A stretch of 59,221 nucleotides of DNA, the filler included, from Sphacelaria rigidula (Eukaryota): assembly GCA_964200075.2 (NCBI GenBank). It is 4 parts of 4 records of this genome, joined end to end, with 100 filler letters (N's around TTAATTAATTAA, not from the genome) between each part and the next. Parts side by side here need not be neighbours in the genome. Positions count along the whole stretch, not along the records: positions 14,839 to 29,571 come from CAXNAA020002073.1; positions 29,672 to 44,399 come from CAXNAA020002074.1; 2 more parts are not named here. The stretch is one strand, 5' to 3'. Both the position numbers and the translations under genes were made by a program. This document shows, piece after piece, positions 23,984 to 35,242 of this stretch. The number at the start of each line of letters is the position of its first letter. Position 1 is the stretch's first letter. Under the pieces are notes generated by a model. The model ran no database searches, was not told the DNA's origin, and was given only the letters and a program-made list of their open reading frames with translations.

Positions 23984-26230
23984 GTATAGCGTCAAGTCGT
24001 TGGCGACCTCCTTCGCGTCGTCAGGATCGGACGCGGCGAAGGCCCACGTAGACGATGGCACCACGCCTGGTACCCCGTCAGGCAGGTACCGATACCTCTG
24101 CTGTTTGAGGGCCTTCCGAACAGCGTACTTGTTCTCGACCAGAACACAACTCGTTTTGTTGGGCACCGTGATGTGAATTGCCTGGCCCGACATATACTAC
24201 AACACAGCTTGCGGTAGTAATGTGTTTTTTTTAAGCCGTGGATGAAGTGAGAAGCGTGGGAGGGGAGGGGGAACCTTGGTCGCAGAGACGCGATGAAATG
24301 GGAGATCGGTGGCTGTGGAGCCGTTCGTTCGTCGGAGGAACGAAAGGGCACGCGGCCAGCATACAACTGTTTATTTTGCGGGGAAATGTTGTTGACGTTT
24401 CCGCGGTGAAATACCGGGATTTAGAGTCCGTTCGTTCGTCGAAGAAACGAAAGGGCATGCGGCCAGCAAACGACTGCTTTTTTTAGCGGAGAATTTTTGT
24501 TGACGTTTCCGCGGTGAAATACCGGGATATAGAGTTTTCCGGGAAACTCCGTTGCGTGATTCGCAGCGGATGAAAGGCACATAAAAGAAGATTTGTGGAG
24601 AGGTACGGTACGGTAATACGGCGAAATAGCGGGATTCAGATTTTTCCCGGAAATTCCGATGGGATATAGCCTGCGGATGAAACGTACATACAACACCATT
24701 TGTGGAGATATCTTGGTGGTCATCGAAGCGTTTGATGTGTAATTGCCGTGGGTTTATGGGATGTGCAGGGTCGATTCTGTTGTGGTATAAGTGTTATTAT
24801 ACAGCGCCTGTAACATGTACGAGTTATTCGAAGTGGGCTTGGAAAGGACGACGTACCAGCGCCGGCATGAGGGGGGGATGAATTGGCGTTGGCGAGGAGT
24901 GATTACGGTAGGGAAGAGCAGGCGAGAACCTGAGCAGGCGATACGGTATGTGGTCATAATGTGTACCTTACTACCATTGGTCCCTACCATCGAGAGATTA
25001 GTGCATATTCGCCGTGACCTCCGAAAGTGCATGGTGTACGATTGCGTGAGAGTGAGCAACGTTTTGACGTACGTCTGAGAAACGCCGTGAGGAATTTTTT
25101 ATCACCAACTAAAGTGAAAAACAGATTTTTTAGGACGAGGGGACGACAATATGAGGCGAATGAAGACTTAATTAATGCAAATCGCGTTGTCAAACCGCTC
25201 CTCGTCCACGTGGTAACATCTTACCACATTCTTCAGCCTGTTCTGGAGTGTAGGATGATTATAATTGCTCTCCTGTGCTTCGCGGGACACTCGCGACTTC
25301 ACCATGGTGTCAATGTCGAATGCAATACGAAGCTTTCACAAGACATCGTAATACGTTTCGTTCAATCGACATTCTCTCGATCCGGCCATTACAAAATGCT
25401 CATGGAAGCTCAAACAGCTACACCCTCTTAGATACATACGCCCGCCCCCTTCCCTCGCTCCCTCTTTGCCACGCTGACACACTGGGTTGTCACCAGGTAT
25501 GTGTCCTGCTCCAAACTGTCAAAGCTACTGACGCGTAATCGCCTCGCGCCACTCGCCGAAGGTAAGCTACCGATCAATGCAGAGAAGTCCTGTCCTTGTT
25601 GCGTTTGCGGCGGGAGCCCCAGCGCCTTGCACAACAAAACGAAGAATGACAGTACGGAAAAGCCGTCCTAAAACGCTCATGCCCCGGGCATTTCCGAAAG
25701 AGAGGGCGATTATACGAATGCACAACATTGCGAGTACCAAGAGTTTGATCCTCGATGTTCGGCAAACGGTAAGAACCAACTATAGTGCTCCTGGTGCGGT
25801 TAAATATATGAAACCTCGTTTCGGTCTGAAAGGTTACGATTTTCGGAGGGGGAGAAAAGCTCACGAGTCAAATCCACGCTTGCCGTTGTATTCGGTGTAT
25901 TCTCCGCGTTGTCCTTTCAAGGGGGCTACAACGAGGAGGAGGACGTGGTGATGCAAGCAAAAGCGAGGCGTCTAGCCAGAGAGAGACGGCTAGAAATCGC
26001 CCGTCAAAAGGCTGGAACCTAACAGACGAATGCTGGGCTTGGTCGAAAACCTTGCTCGTTGTATTTGTGTATGTGTGAACCTACTCCTACCGGTTTCCAC
26101 AGAGTCGAAATGGGAAACAAAGGAAGGAGCGCGATGCGAAATCATTCACCAAATTATGTATGTTTGGCGTAACTTCCAGTGCCGCCCGCGCATACGGCCA
26201 GGTTTTCAAGCCAAGAGTTGGAACCCGTAG
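23984..26230 (+). CDS. Candidate downstream exons of the PH-ANK-EF gene
   Basis: AG/GT-bounded open segments 23984-24085 (phase matches 20680) and ~24805-24945; further protein-like segments at ~25922-26009 (GYNEEEDVVMQAKARRLARERRLEIARQK) and 26180-26230. Frames are ambiguous. Confidence 0.3.
24321..24660. repeat. Tandem ~107-bp repeat in a non-coding element
   Basis: ccgttcgttcgtcg..gaaagggca.gcggccagca..gttgacgtttccgcggtgaaataccgggat occurs twice, plus a decayed third unit. Confidence 0.75.
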
Positions 26231-26990
26231 CCCGCCGTCTTGCACAATGTGGACAATCCACGAGAAGTATGAATCGATTTTGGGCAACCAAATCCAGTTT
26301 TTTCCGCAGCATGGTAAAAAGACGTAATGTTGGAATGCAATCGAAACGGACTCTCACGTCGGTGGATAATCTATCTCCTCCATTACTCGGAATGGCCGAT
26401 GATGGCCGCATGCTCCGAAGCATGAGAGAACAAATAGTCCCTCCTGTACCAACACATTATGTCGGTTCGGAGTGTGATTCCTAACGGCAAGAAACTCTTC
26501 ACCACCTCAACCGAGCGGGTCCCAGTTCTCCGAACGGAGAAGCAAAGAGACACGTATCAGGCGCCCGCTTACCCTAACGTCTGGCCTCCCGCTGCGCCCT
26601 CGTGGGCCAAAGCGGAAAATATCACTTAAAAAACGCAGGAGCTCCCTACATGAGCTGGAGCGGTCGCGGCAAAAACTGAAAAAGGGAAGGAAGCGCACTT
26701 CTATCGACAGCGACACGCAAGTCGATGCAGCTATCACCAAGCACAGTACCACGACCTGGACTTGAGCCATGAGCAAATTTGGTTCACCAACCACAACCAA
26801 GCCGAAGGCCACACGTCTAAGAGCGAAGAGACATACTTGGGAACGATCCCATCGTTTTAGCCTCAGCTAAAACGAATGTAAATACGAACGGGTATCAATA
26901 CGCGCACAATACCAATCGTTGACGGCAGCCCATACTTAGAGTGAGTACCCTTCCGTATTTAAGCAATTGTCGAAAGTCTTACAGTAGCCC

Positions 26991-28556
26991 TCAAAATCCA
27001 TCGTCGTCCATAGGATCAGCGTGGCCCTCTTCCTTCACCCCTGCCCTAGAATTGTTATCAAATTCCTCTCCATTGAACCCCTCTTCCATCTTACGATCCT
27101 CTACCTCCGCCTTTGCTCGCTTCAGCGGTGGCACAGATTCTGCCGCCGCGGCTGCGAATCCGTCAGCTCCACCATTTTCAGCCGCACTTGACGGACTGCC
27201 CGCAGCCTGGTCCCACCCGCTTTCCTCCCCATTCCCTGCTTCTTGCGAGTCTAACCCCGCCGCGTCGGCCACCCGTTTCCCTTGCCGAGGTGTTCCCGGC
27301 ATTAAATCTTTCCACGATATCTCTGCCTTATCCCTCAGTCCGCTCACTTCGAGGCACAGCCTGTGTACGATAATTTTTCTACTACCACCCTCTCCTTCAT
27401 CCCCACTTCCATCGCCACCCCCCTCCTGCACTTCATCCCCTCGTTCCTCGTCTTCGCCATCATCACCCAGCCCGCCACCGGCCCCGGTAACCGTGATGTA
27501 GCACGCATTTCGATACATCCACTCCTCCTCATCATTGTCGTAGAACATATCAAAACGATCGCCGCAAATACGACACTTGGTGAAGCGCTCATCGGCAGGT
27601 ACGTTGGCCTCCAACTCGTCCGCGTCTTCGCCCTCCATTACACCATTCTCGCCGTCACCTTCTCCGTCGCCACCGTTCCCCCCGACCCCGTCTGCGGCAC
27701 CATTTGTCGGTCCCGACGCCGGTGGACCCAGTCTGCCAAAGTCGGTCATCCACTCCTCACCTGTGCAATACCACTCGCGCTGAGCGCTCCCCTTCTGCTC
27801 CCGCCTTGCTCGCTTCCGGCGGAAAAGCAGGTCCATGTGCGCGTCCAGCTGAGCCTGCGCGCGAAATCGCGTGCCGTCCTGCTTACACCAGAACGGAAAC
27901 CCGTCACCGTACAAGCGCCGCACCGCCGCAGGATTCCCCCTTGAGAGCGCTCGCACGTCCAACGGGTCCAGGTCAGCGAGGTGTACCCCCGCGCCGCCGC
28001 TGGATCCGGCCGCGTCGCCCCCGAGCAAGCATGCCAACAAAGCGGCTTTTCCTGCCGCCTCCGCCGCCTGCACCTGCGCCCCAGCTGCGTCGCCGCGAAC
28101 GCTTGCGTCCATGGCGCCACGCGCACCGGTTACGACGTCGTTCGCAAGCTGCACCGCGCGGCCGAAGTCCTGGTTTGGCGGTGTCTTCACCGCCCACGGG
28201 ACGGATGCTGACACCGGCACGGCATTAGGACTCGGCGTCGGGAGTTGTAAAGGAAGCTGGATGGCTATTTGGGGCTGGGGTGGAGGGTGCTGCTGCGGCT
28301 GCGGCTGCGGCTGTTGTTGTTGCTGCGGCTGCGGCTGCTGCGTCGGCAGCGGCAGTGGTGGTGGTGGTTGCTGTGGTAGCGGTTGTGCTTGCGGGGCAGG
28401 GGGCGCGGCCACATTCGGCGGCGGCGCAGGTGGTGCCAAACCCAGTTCCTCGTGGACCTGCGCTTGTGCTACGAGCCGGAAACCAGCTGCCAGCTCCGCG
28501 TTTGTTCGCCACAGATCGTCCAGTGTCATGGAACTGGACTCTCCGAGTTCGTGCAA
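26991..28556 (-). CDS. PCF11: Pre-mRNA cleavage/polyadenylation factor PCF11, last exon (P/Q-rich linker and C-terminal zinc-finger region); N-terminal CID exons not seen
   Basis: LYGDGFPFWCKQDGTRF..LDAHMD..FRRK..REWY..EEW; VPADE..KCRICGDRFDMFYDNDEEEWMYRNA; IIVHRLC. Acceptor cttgtgcag immediately before 28556. Confidence 0.88.
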   Translation of the reverse strand: MHELGESSSMTLDDLWRTNAELAAGFRLVAQAQVHEELGLAPPAPPPNVAAPPAPQAQPLPQQPPPPLPLPTQQPQPQQQQQPQPQPQQHPPPQPQIAIQLPLQLPTPSPNAVPVSASVPWAVKTPPNQDFGRAVQLANDVVTGARGAMDASVRGDAAGAQVQAAEAAGKAALLACLLGGDAAGSSGGAGVHLADLDPLDVRALSRGNPAAVRRLYGDGFPFWCKQDGTRFRAQAQLDAHMDLLFRRKRARREQKGSAQREWYCTGEEWMTDFGRLGPPASGPTNGAADGVGGNGGDGEGDGENGVMEGEDADELEANVPADERFTKCRICGDRFDMFYDNDEEEWMYRNACYITVTGAGGGLGDDGEDEERGDEVQEGGGDGSGDEGEGGSRKIIVHRLCLEVSGLRDKAEISWKDLMPGTPRQGKRVADAAGLDSQEAGNGEESGWDQAAGSPSSAAENGGADGFAAAAAESVPPLKRAKAEVEDRKMEEGFNGEEFDNNSRAGVKEEGHADPMDDDGF

Positions 28557-29571
28557 CTGCACAAGCAAGGATGGGGAAAGGGAAGAAAAACGGAATTAAG
28601 GCAGCTCTTTTTCGGCTGAAGCAAATCGCGAGTATACGAACACACTCGCTGTGTGACAGAAAAGTTCGCCGTCCAAGACATTCCCACAACAACTACACAA
28701 CGGGGAGGGAACAGATGTTCCTTCACACTGACGCACAGCGTAAACCTGAAAATATCACACCTTAGACGAGTCCACATGATTTCACATCCTGGACAACGGA
28801 TTGCATTGTCAAACCGTGCGCTGCGTACAGTGTGGAACCTACTGTTAATTACCAAAGACGCAACAGTCGACGCTGTACGCATTACTCTTTTTGACGATGT
28901 AATCTGTTGTCCAGTGTGTGCATGATTTCGACATATATAGGGAGCGACTTTATTGGGATATGCCGATATATCGCCCCCTCAATATATATTGCGCACGTCA
29001 TGCGAACGATACATCGGATAATCACCATACATTGTGACCTATGGGAGAAACCGTACTGATTGTTCATGTTTGTTCCATTTTATTGCCATCATCCACGTTC
29101 GAGGAAATGAAATCCTGACAGTCCGGGCGTCCAGCCGACGCCTTGTTTTACTGGCATATACCGATCCTGATGTTCGTTTTTGCCACGTGGTAAACCCTCA
29201 ACAGGCGACGCCCCTCACCTCTAGCGTAGCTCGCGTTCATCTATAGTGATCGGTTTTGGCAACTATGAACAGTTTTTGCACTCTGGGGCCGGTCTCGTGC
29301 AAGGTGTACATGTGCGGCGGGATTTGGCTGGTGGTCATGACACCATTGTGGAAAGTGAGTGCATAGCTCCCAATGTGTTCGAATTTTTCCGTTTCCTGAA
29401 AGTTCGACCGTGCTTCGTGCATCAGACCGTTACACGGTTAGGACGAATCAGCACGAGTACAAATCACCAAATCTACGATTTCTTTGGCCTGATTACCCCA
29501 AATGGAGAAAAAAATTGACCGATAGTCCAAGGGGTATCCACGCAACTTTTGCGCCATTCCACGTTTCTGGG

Positions 29572-29671
29572 NNNNNNNNNNNNNNNNNNNNNNNNNNNNN
29601 NNNNNNNNNNNNNNNTTAATTAATTAANNNNNNNNNNNNNNNNNNNNNNNNNNNNNNNNNNNNNNNNNNNN
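29572..29671. other. Scaffold gap placeholder
   Basis: N44-TTAATTAATTAA-N44. Confidence 0.98.
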
Positions 29672-29677
29672 AACTTT

Positions 29678-29767
29678 TGTGACAGTTAAAGAGACTACCA
29701 ACTAGACTACTGACAAGTCAGCGCTGACTGGTCAGTAGTCTAGTTGGTAGTCTCTTAAACCGTCACA
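29678..29767. repeat. Near-perfect 90-bp palindrome
   Basis: 45-bp arms centred on cagc|gctg, with 3 mismatches by manual comparison. Confidence 0.92.
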
Positions 29768-29811
29768 GAGTGCTTACCCAATATGTATGTGAGTACTCGT
29801 AGAGTACTGTA

Positions 29812-29945
29812 TTATTTGAGGTTGTACTCAATCTAGCCAAAAAATGAGTAGAGTATTTGAGGTCATACCCGATCTACAATCTACCCAAAAGTTAAGTAGA
29901 AAATTGAGGCCGTACCCAATCTACCCAAAAATTGAGTAAATTAAA
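29812..29945. repeat. Tandem ~40-bp repeat x3
   Basis: tatttgagg..gtac.caatcta.ccaaaaa.tgagta repeated. Confidence 0.7.
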
Positions 29946-30317
29946 TACTTGGATATTTTACCCGAGTATTGAAAGGTAGATACTTTACTCGATCTGTCCT
30001 TGCAAAATCGGTGTGTGGCTGAGCGCGAAATCTTCTTCCGGCCACGGGCCTGAATATAGGACTGATGTGGTGAGGTAAAAATGTTTTTCTCATCCCAGAT
30101 TGATGTTTTCCTTTCGTGCATGCTGACTTGACTACTTGCGTAATTTAATTCAGTGCGTCTTATTTAATTCAATGTAGAGGTTACCCCATGGGCTCGGAGC
30201 CATGCATGCACAGCAGCACAGCAGCGCACGTACTGCATCGTGGGGACCATTGATTCCCATTGCAGCTACGCCTCCTCCTTTTCCACTGGGGAGACGAATC
30301 TTGTACAAGCTTCGATT

Positions 30318-33300
30318 ATGAAACCAAAAAAATCGCCGGGTAAGCTTCAGGGAACACTGTTTTCATTCTTCAGCAAGAAGGAGTCTCCGAATAAACCGAA
30401 TGGCAGTACGAGTCGAGCTAGCGGAGACGGCAGCTCTGCCACTAAGCGCGACTCGGGCGCTCTCGACTCTGATTCTACCAACAAGAAGGCGAAAATTTCC
30501 CCCTCTCCACGAAGAAGCGCTACCTCCAACATAGGCACCATCACTGGAGGTAGCAGCAAGGAAGCTGACACGGACAACCCCAGCGTAGCTTCTCAAGGAC
30601 TTGTGGGGAAGCGAATCAAGGTGTACTGGCCCGATGACAACAAGTGGTATTTTGGCAAGGTCGTTGACTGCTCCAACGATGGCAAGCACACGGTTCACTA
30701 CGACGACGGAGATAAAGAAAGGGTTACTCTGGCCAAGGAGAAAGTGAGCCTGTGCGTTTGTGGCAGGGATCTCGCAGTAAGCTTTGGAGTGTTCGTTGAG
30801 CGAAAGCAAGACGTGAGATTTTACCCGCCAAATTCTGTCAAGTCTCAAGTTTTTGAATTTTTGCGCCAACATTCTTTGGCGGACGAGAGACTGTATGCGT
30901 ACCTGCGTGTTTTGCCCTGCAGGCCCTAGTATAGCTGTGCAGTGAATAGCGCGGCACACATAATTAGAGCACAAAACACGAGTATAGCAGAGTCACGGTC
31001 CTACATTCTACTGGGCTGATTTTTGTTGGCCCCTGCTTTTTTTCATATGCTGAAGTTTGAAGTCGTGACCGTGCTGGAGGACTGCGCAAAGGATGGAGCT
31101 GGGGTCAAGGACCGAGTACGCAAGTGCCGTTCTCGGGTGATCCAAGAGGATGAGGAGGAGAACGAGTGGAATCAGGACCAGCTGGAGAGCTCCAAATCCG
31201 AGGAGGGTTCGTCATACGAGGTATAGCACGTGGGCTGAGTCGTGCTGCTTTGATAACGCTGCTGTGTCTCTGTCGTTTCTTCGATATTAGTTCCGTCGAC
31301 CCTGATCCCGCTGGTGCATACTTTTTCATGTCTGGCCTGCACTCTCTGGTATGCCTTGAGGAGTTCAGGTGCTGTTCCGCAGATCAAAGCGAACGAGCGC
31401 AGGTATTGAGCCTCGAGGATTTATGCGGAGTCTATTTTCTATTTGTAGCAGCAAGAGAGCAAGCTGTCTATCGACATGAAATTCGCGCGAACTTGTACTG
31501 CTCCTGCTCCCGTTTCAGGATGAAGATGATGGAAGTGACGACGACGAGGTCATTGCGGACAGCAGTGAAAGCCAGGACTCGGACGTCCCTGTGGCGTCGC
31601 GCAGAAAGCAGAAGCAGAAACGTAACGGGCCGATGACTTCATCTCCTACTGCTAATGGATCAGGGGCCAAGCGGCTAAAGAAGGAATCAGGCATGTCATC
31701 TTACGCTATCGTAGACACCAAATCGCCAGCCGACGCCAATCGCCGCCCAAGGTCCATCAGGTCAGATGGCGACCGTACTCCCTCTTCGACCAGTAAGCGC
31801 GTACCTCCCATGACCGACCCCAGCGCTACCGCCACTGCCCCAGCTCCGCCGCCACGTGTCATTCCATTGCCCGAAGGAGTACTTGACACTGGTCGCCACA
31901 CGCACCATGGACTCAACTGGTTGTATAAAGATCGGGTGGACAAAGCCAAGCGAAGGCCGCATGATGCCGAGTACAACCCTCGAACCCTTTACGTGCCACG
32001 TGCCTTCCTCGACAAGCAAACGCCAGCGATGCGCCAGTGGTGGGAGTTCAAGAGCGAAAATATGGATACGATCCTCTTTTTCAAGGTATCGTGTATCTCA
32101 TAACGCCGACACGCTCGTCCCCGTGGATGTAATTCAGTACACATGAGAGACATCGTTCATTTTCTTGAGCGCGCACGTGTGCTCCCTCCGTCGAATCTAC
32201 CTATTGTTCACTTGAAAAATGATTTATCAAACTCAGATATACATCCTCGGGCGCTCAAAGCCTCACCGTGGGCTGTTATTTATTTGCAGGTGGGTAAGTT
32301 CTATGAGCTGTTTCATCAAGATGCAGACGTCGGAATGCAGGAGCTGGATCTCATATATATGAAGGGAGAGAAAGCGCACAGCGGCTTCCCCGAAATCTCC
32401 TATGGCAAATTCGCGGATATCCTCGTGTCGAAAGGGTTCCGAGTTGCGCGGGTTGAGCAGGTGAAGTTAACCTTGTATGTCGTGTTCTCGTTGTCGCCTT
32501 CTGTCGTCGCTCCTCTGTCTTGTTCTCGCTGTCGCCTCCGATAATCTGCTGGTAGCAACGGATAATGGTAACCCTGCCCCTCCTTCAATGTCTCGTGTCA
32601 CCGGACTTGATCTTGCGCCAATCGCGTCCAGGTGGAGACCCCTGAAATGCTCCGCGTCCGGAATGCTTCCAAGGGCAAGAACGGAGTGAAAGACAAGGTT
32701 GTAAAGCGAGAGCTGTGCAGCATCCTCAGTCGTGGAACTCGCACGTACTGCTTCCTGGACGATGTTTCCTCTGCTCCTGATGGCTCCCCGCGTTCGGTGA
32801 ATATGATTCTGTCCATCAAGGTGAGTGGTCGCCCGAAATCCGCCTGCCCCGTCCTGGAGGTGACGTCTATCTTTAGCTGACGTAATGTCCCACGATGATG
32901 CTCGCGTATCAATCACCTCGTGTTGTACTCACATGCAAGGTTTGTGATGTCAGCGATATTCGGTTTCGGTTATATTTTCGAGGACCGCTTGCATGGTATG
33001 TATCACGCGCTAGAATGTCGAAGCAGCTGATGCCTTTTTCATGAGTAACCGTGCTTTTGGTCGTCCTAGCCCTTACCCTACGGTTTGGTTCGATGTCGGC
33101 CAATACAATTATGAACGTCATTGAAGCTCGCTGCCCCGTCTTTCTCCCAGGAAACTGCCGTAGCTGCCCCCGAAGTGGATGACAAGAGCGGTGATGCAGT
33201 AGATGGCGGACCAGCAGCCGTGTGCGAGTATGGCATATGCATGGTTGATTCGACAACCGCAACATTCAGTCTCGGGCAGTTTGCTGATGATCCGGCGCGG

Positions 33301-35198
33301 TCTCGTCTGCGAACTCTTCTTGCTCAACAATTGCCTGTCGAGATCCTAATGGAGAAGGTACGAAAAAGAGTTGATCAAGGTTACCCACCAATGTGACGAG
33401 GGAGTTCAGGTGCTGTTGACAGTACTCTATTCCCAAGTAAGAAGTGTACTCGGTGGACATCTTGTGCTCTATCCGACCCTAATTAGTCAGCAAAATATGT
33501 GATATCTTCCGTTTTTTTCTAGCGCACTTGGAAATAGTCATGTTCTGATAAGGATCCATGCGTCTCCGCCGACATATCGTTTTTGCACTTTTACTGCAGG
33601 ACAATCTATCGGAGACAACCGCCCACATGATGAAGTGCATGGCTCCATCAGCATCATGCACCGTGCTCCGGAAATCCGAGGAGTTTTGGGATGCCTCTCG
33701 AACAATTGACGAGTTACGCAGAGGCAAATACTTCGAAAGCACACAGGAAGACTGTAAAAGGAGGACTGACGAGAAGCCAAAAGACGACACCACTCAATGG
33801 CCGTCGATTCTTCGTGCTGTAGTGGACGGTGGGAAAGATGGCGCTATGGCATTATCAGCCCTCGGAGGAGCCATCTGGCATACTCGTCGCGCTCTAATCG
33901 ATCACGATCTTTTATCCATGAAGCGTTTTGGGGCATACATCCCTTCGGACCAAAAGTATGACGGCGATAATTCACTGGTTGGGGACAGCTCTTCGCCAGG
34001 CATCATGGCAGACGACCATGAAAAGGCCGACCTTCCAAGCGCCTCGTCGTTACCGGGTAGTGGCACCTCGGTCAGTCAACAGTCTCACATGGTTCTGGAT
34101 GGCGTAGCACTGTCGAATCTTGAAGTGCTTCGCAACAGCTGCGACGGAGGCGAGAAGGGGAGTTTATGGGGATTTGTTAATAGGTGCAGCACAGCGTTCG
34201 GGAAGCGCTTGCTGAAGGATTGGGTGATGAAGCCTCTCCTCGCGCCGAGGTACGGTCTATGGGAAGTAGTCAACGTTGTATTTCTAAAAGTTAAATGCCT
34301 AGGTGATGAACGTGGCCTGGCGATGGGCAATTAGTAGCTCCAGTTTGGACTTGGAACCCTGTCGGCTCTACTGCGTTCAAGCACCGTCAGGCACTCTACA
34401 AACGACCCTCTCGGTGCACCAGGGATTCGATGTTGTAGCCTCTTCCGTTTGTGTTGACAGGTCGCCTCTCTTTGCAGTTACGCATTCCGCACTCAACTGA
34501 TGATCAGTTACGGCATCCCTTGCCCCTGTTTGTGGCTGCTCATCGTACTGTCAGGTATATCAATGCGCGCCTAGACGCGGTTGCTGAGCTTTCTAACGCC
34601 CTATCTCCGGAAGCGGATGCGTCTCGGGCGCTTCTCAAGAGGCTACCGGACATCGAGCGCCTGCTGTCACGAGTGCATTCGATGGCCTCCAAGCACAGGA
34701 GCAGCGAGCACCCGGAGAGTCGGGCAATCATGTATGAAGATACCAAGTACAGCATTCGCAAGGTGAAATTGCGTTGCACACACCTGGCTTTTGTGTGGAA
34801 TATTGCGTAATTGTGATACGCCATTGCCTTGTCTCACGGGGGGTTGCCTACCTCCTGAAGGGTCAGTGGTCGCGTGCCCCTGAAACCTTCAATGAGGCAT
34901 CATCTGCTGACAGTTACAAATTCCAAAAATATGGTAACCCTTCGCTAGAAAGATGCAGTAATCCTACGACGAAGCGAGAGTTGAACTGCCTTGTCATGTT
35001 CCCCCGTATATATATAGTAGCCCATGTGAACCCTTGTGTTTGAGATGTGTTGACTCCCGATTTGTATGCTGCTTGCATATGCACACTCTTATGCATTCCT
35101 GGAAACCGTGCCTACCAGCGCGCGACCTGTACGCGGAGAGATGGGATATAAGCGGGGATCAGTCTGCTGTATGTTTTGATGACACGCACAGACGATGG

Positions 35199-35242
<44 letters not shown>

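Noticed and set aside
27871..28765. Cys/Gly-rich and Ala-rich plus-strand ORFs (metallothionein-like)
   Set aside because: Antisense shadows of the PCF11 Pro/Gln-rich coding region.
29246..29430. Possible upstream PCF11 exon
   Set aside because: No CID-like sequence in any frame and splice sites are unconvincing; the true exons may lie in the gap.
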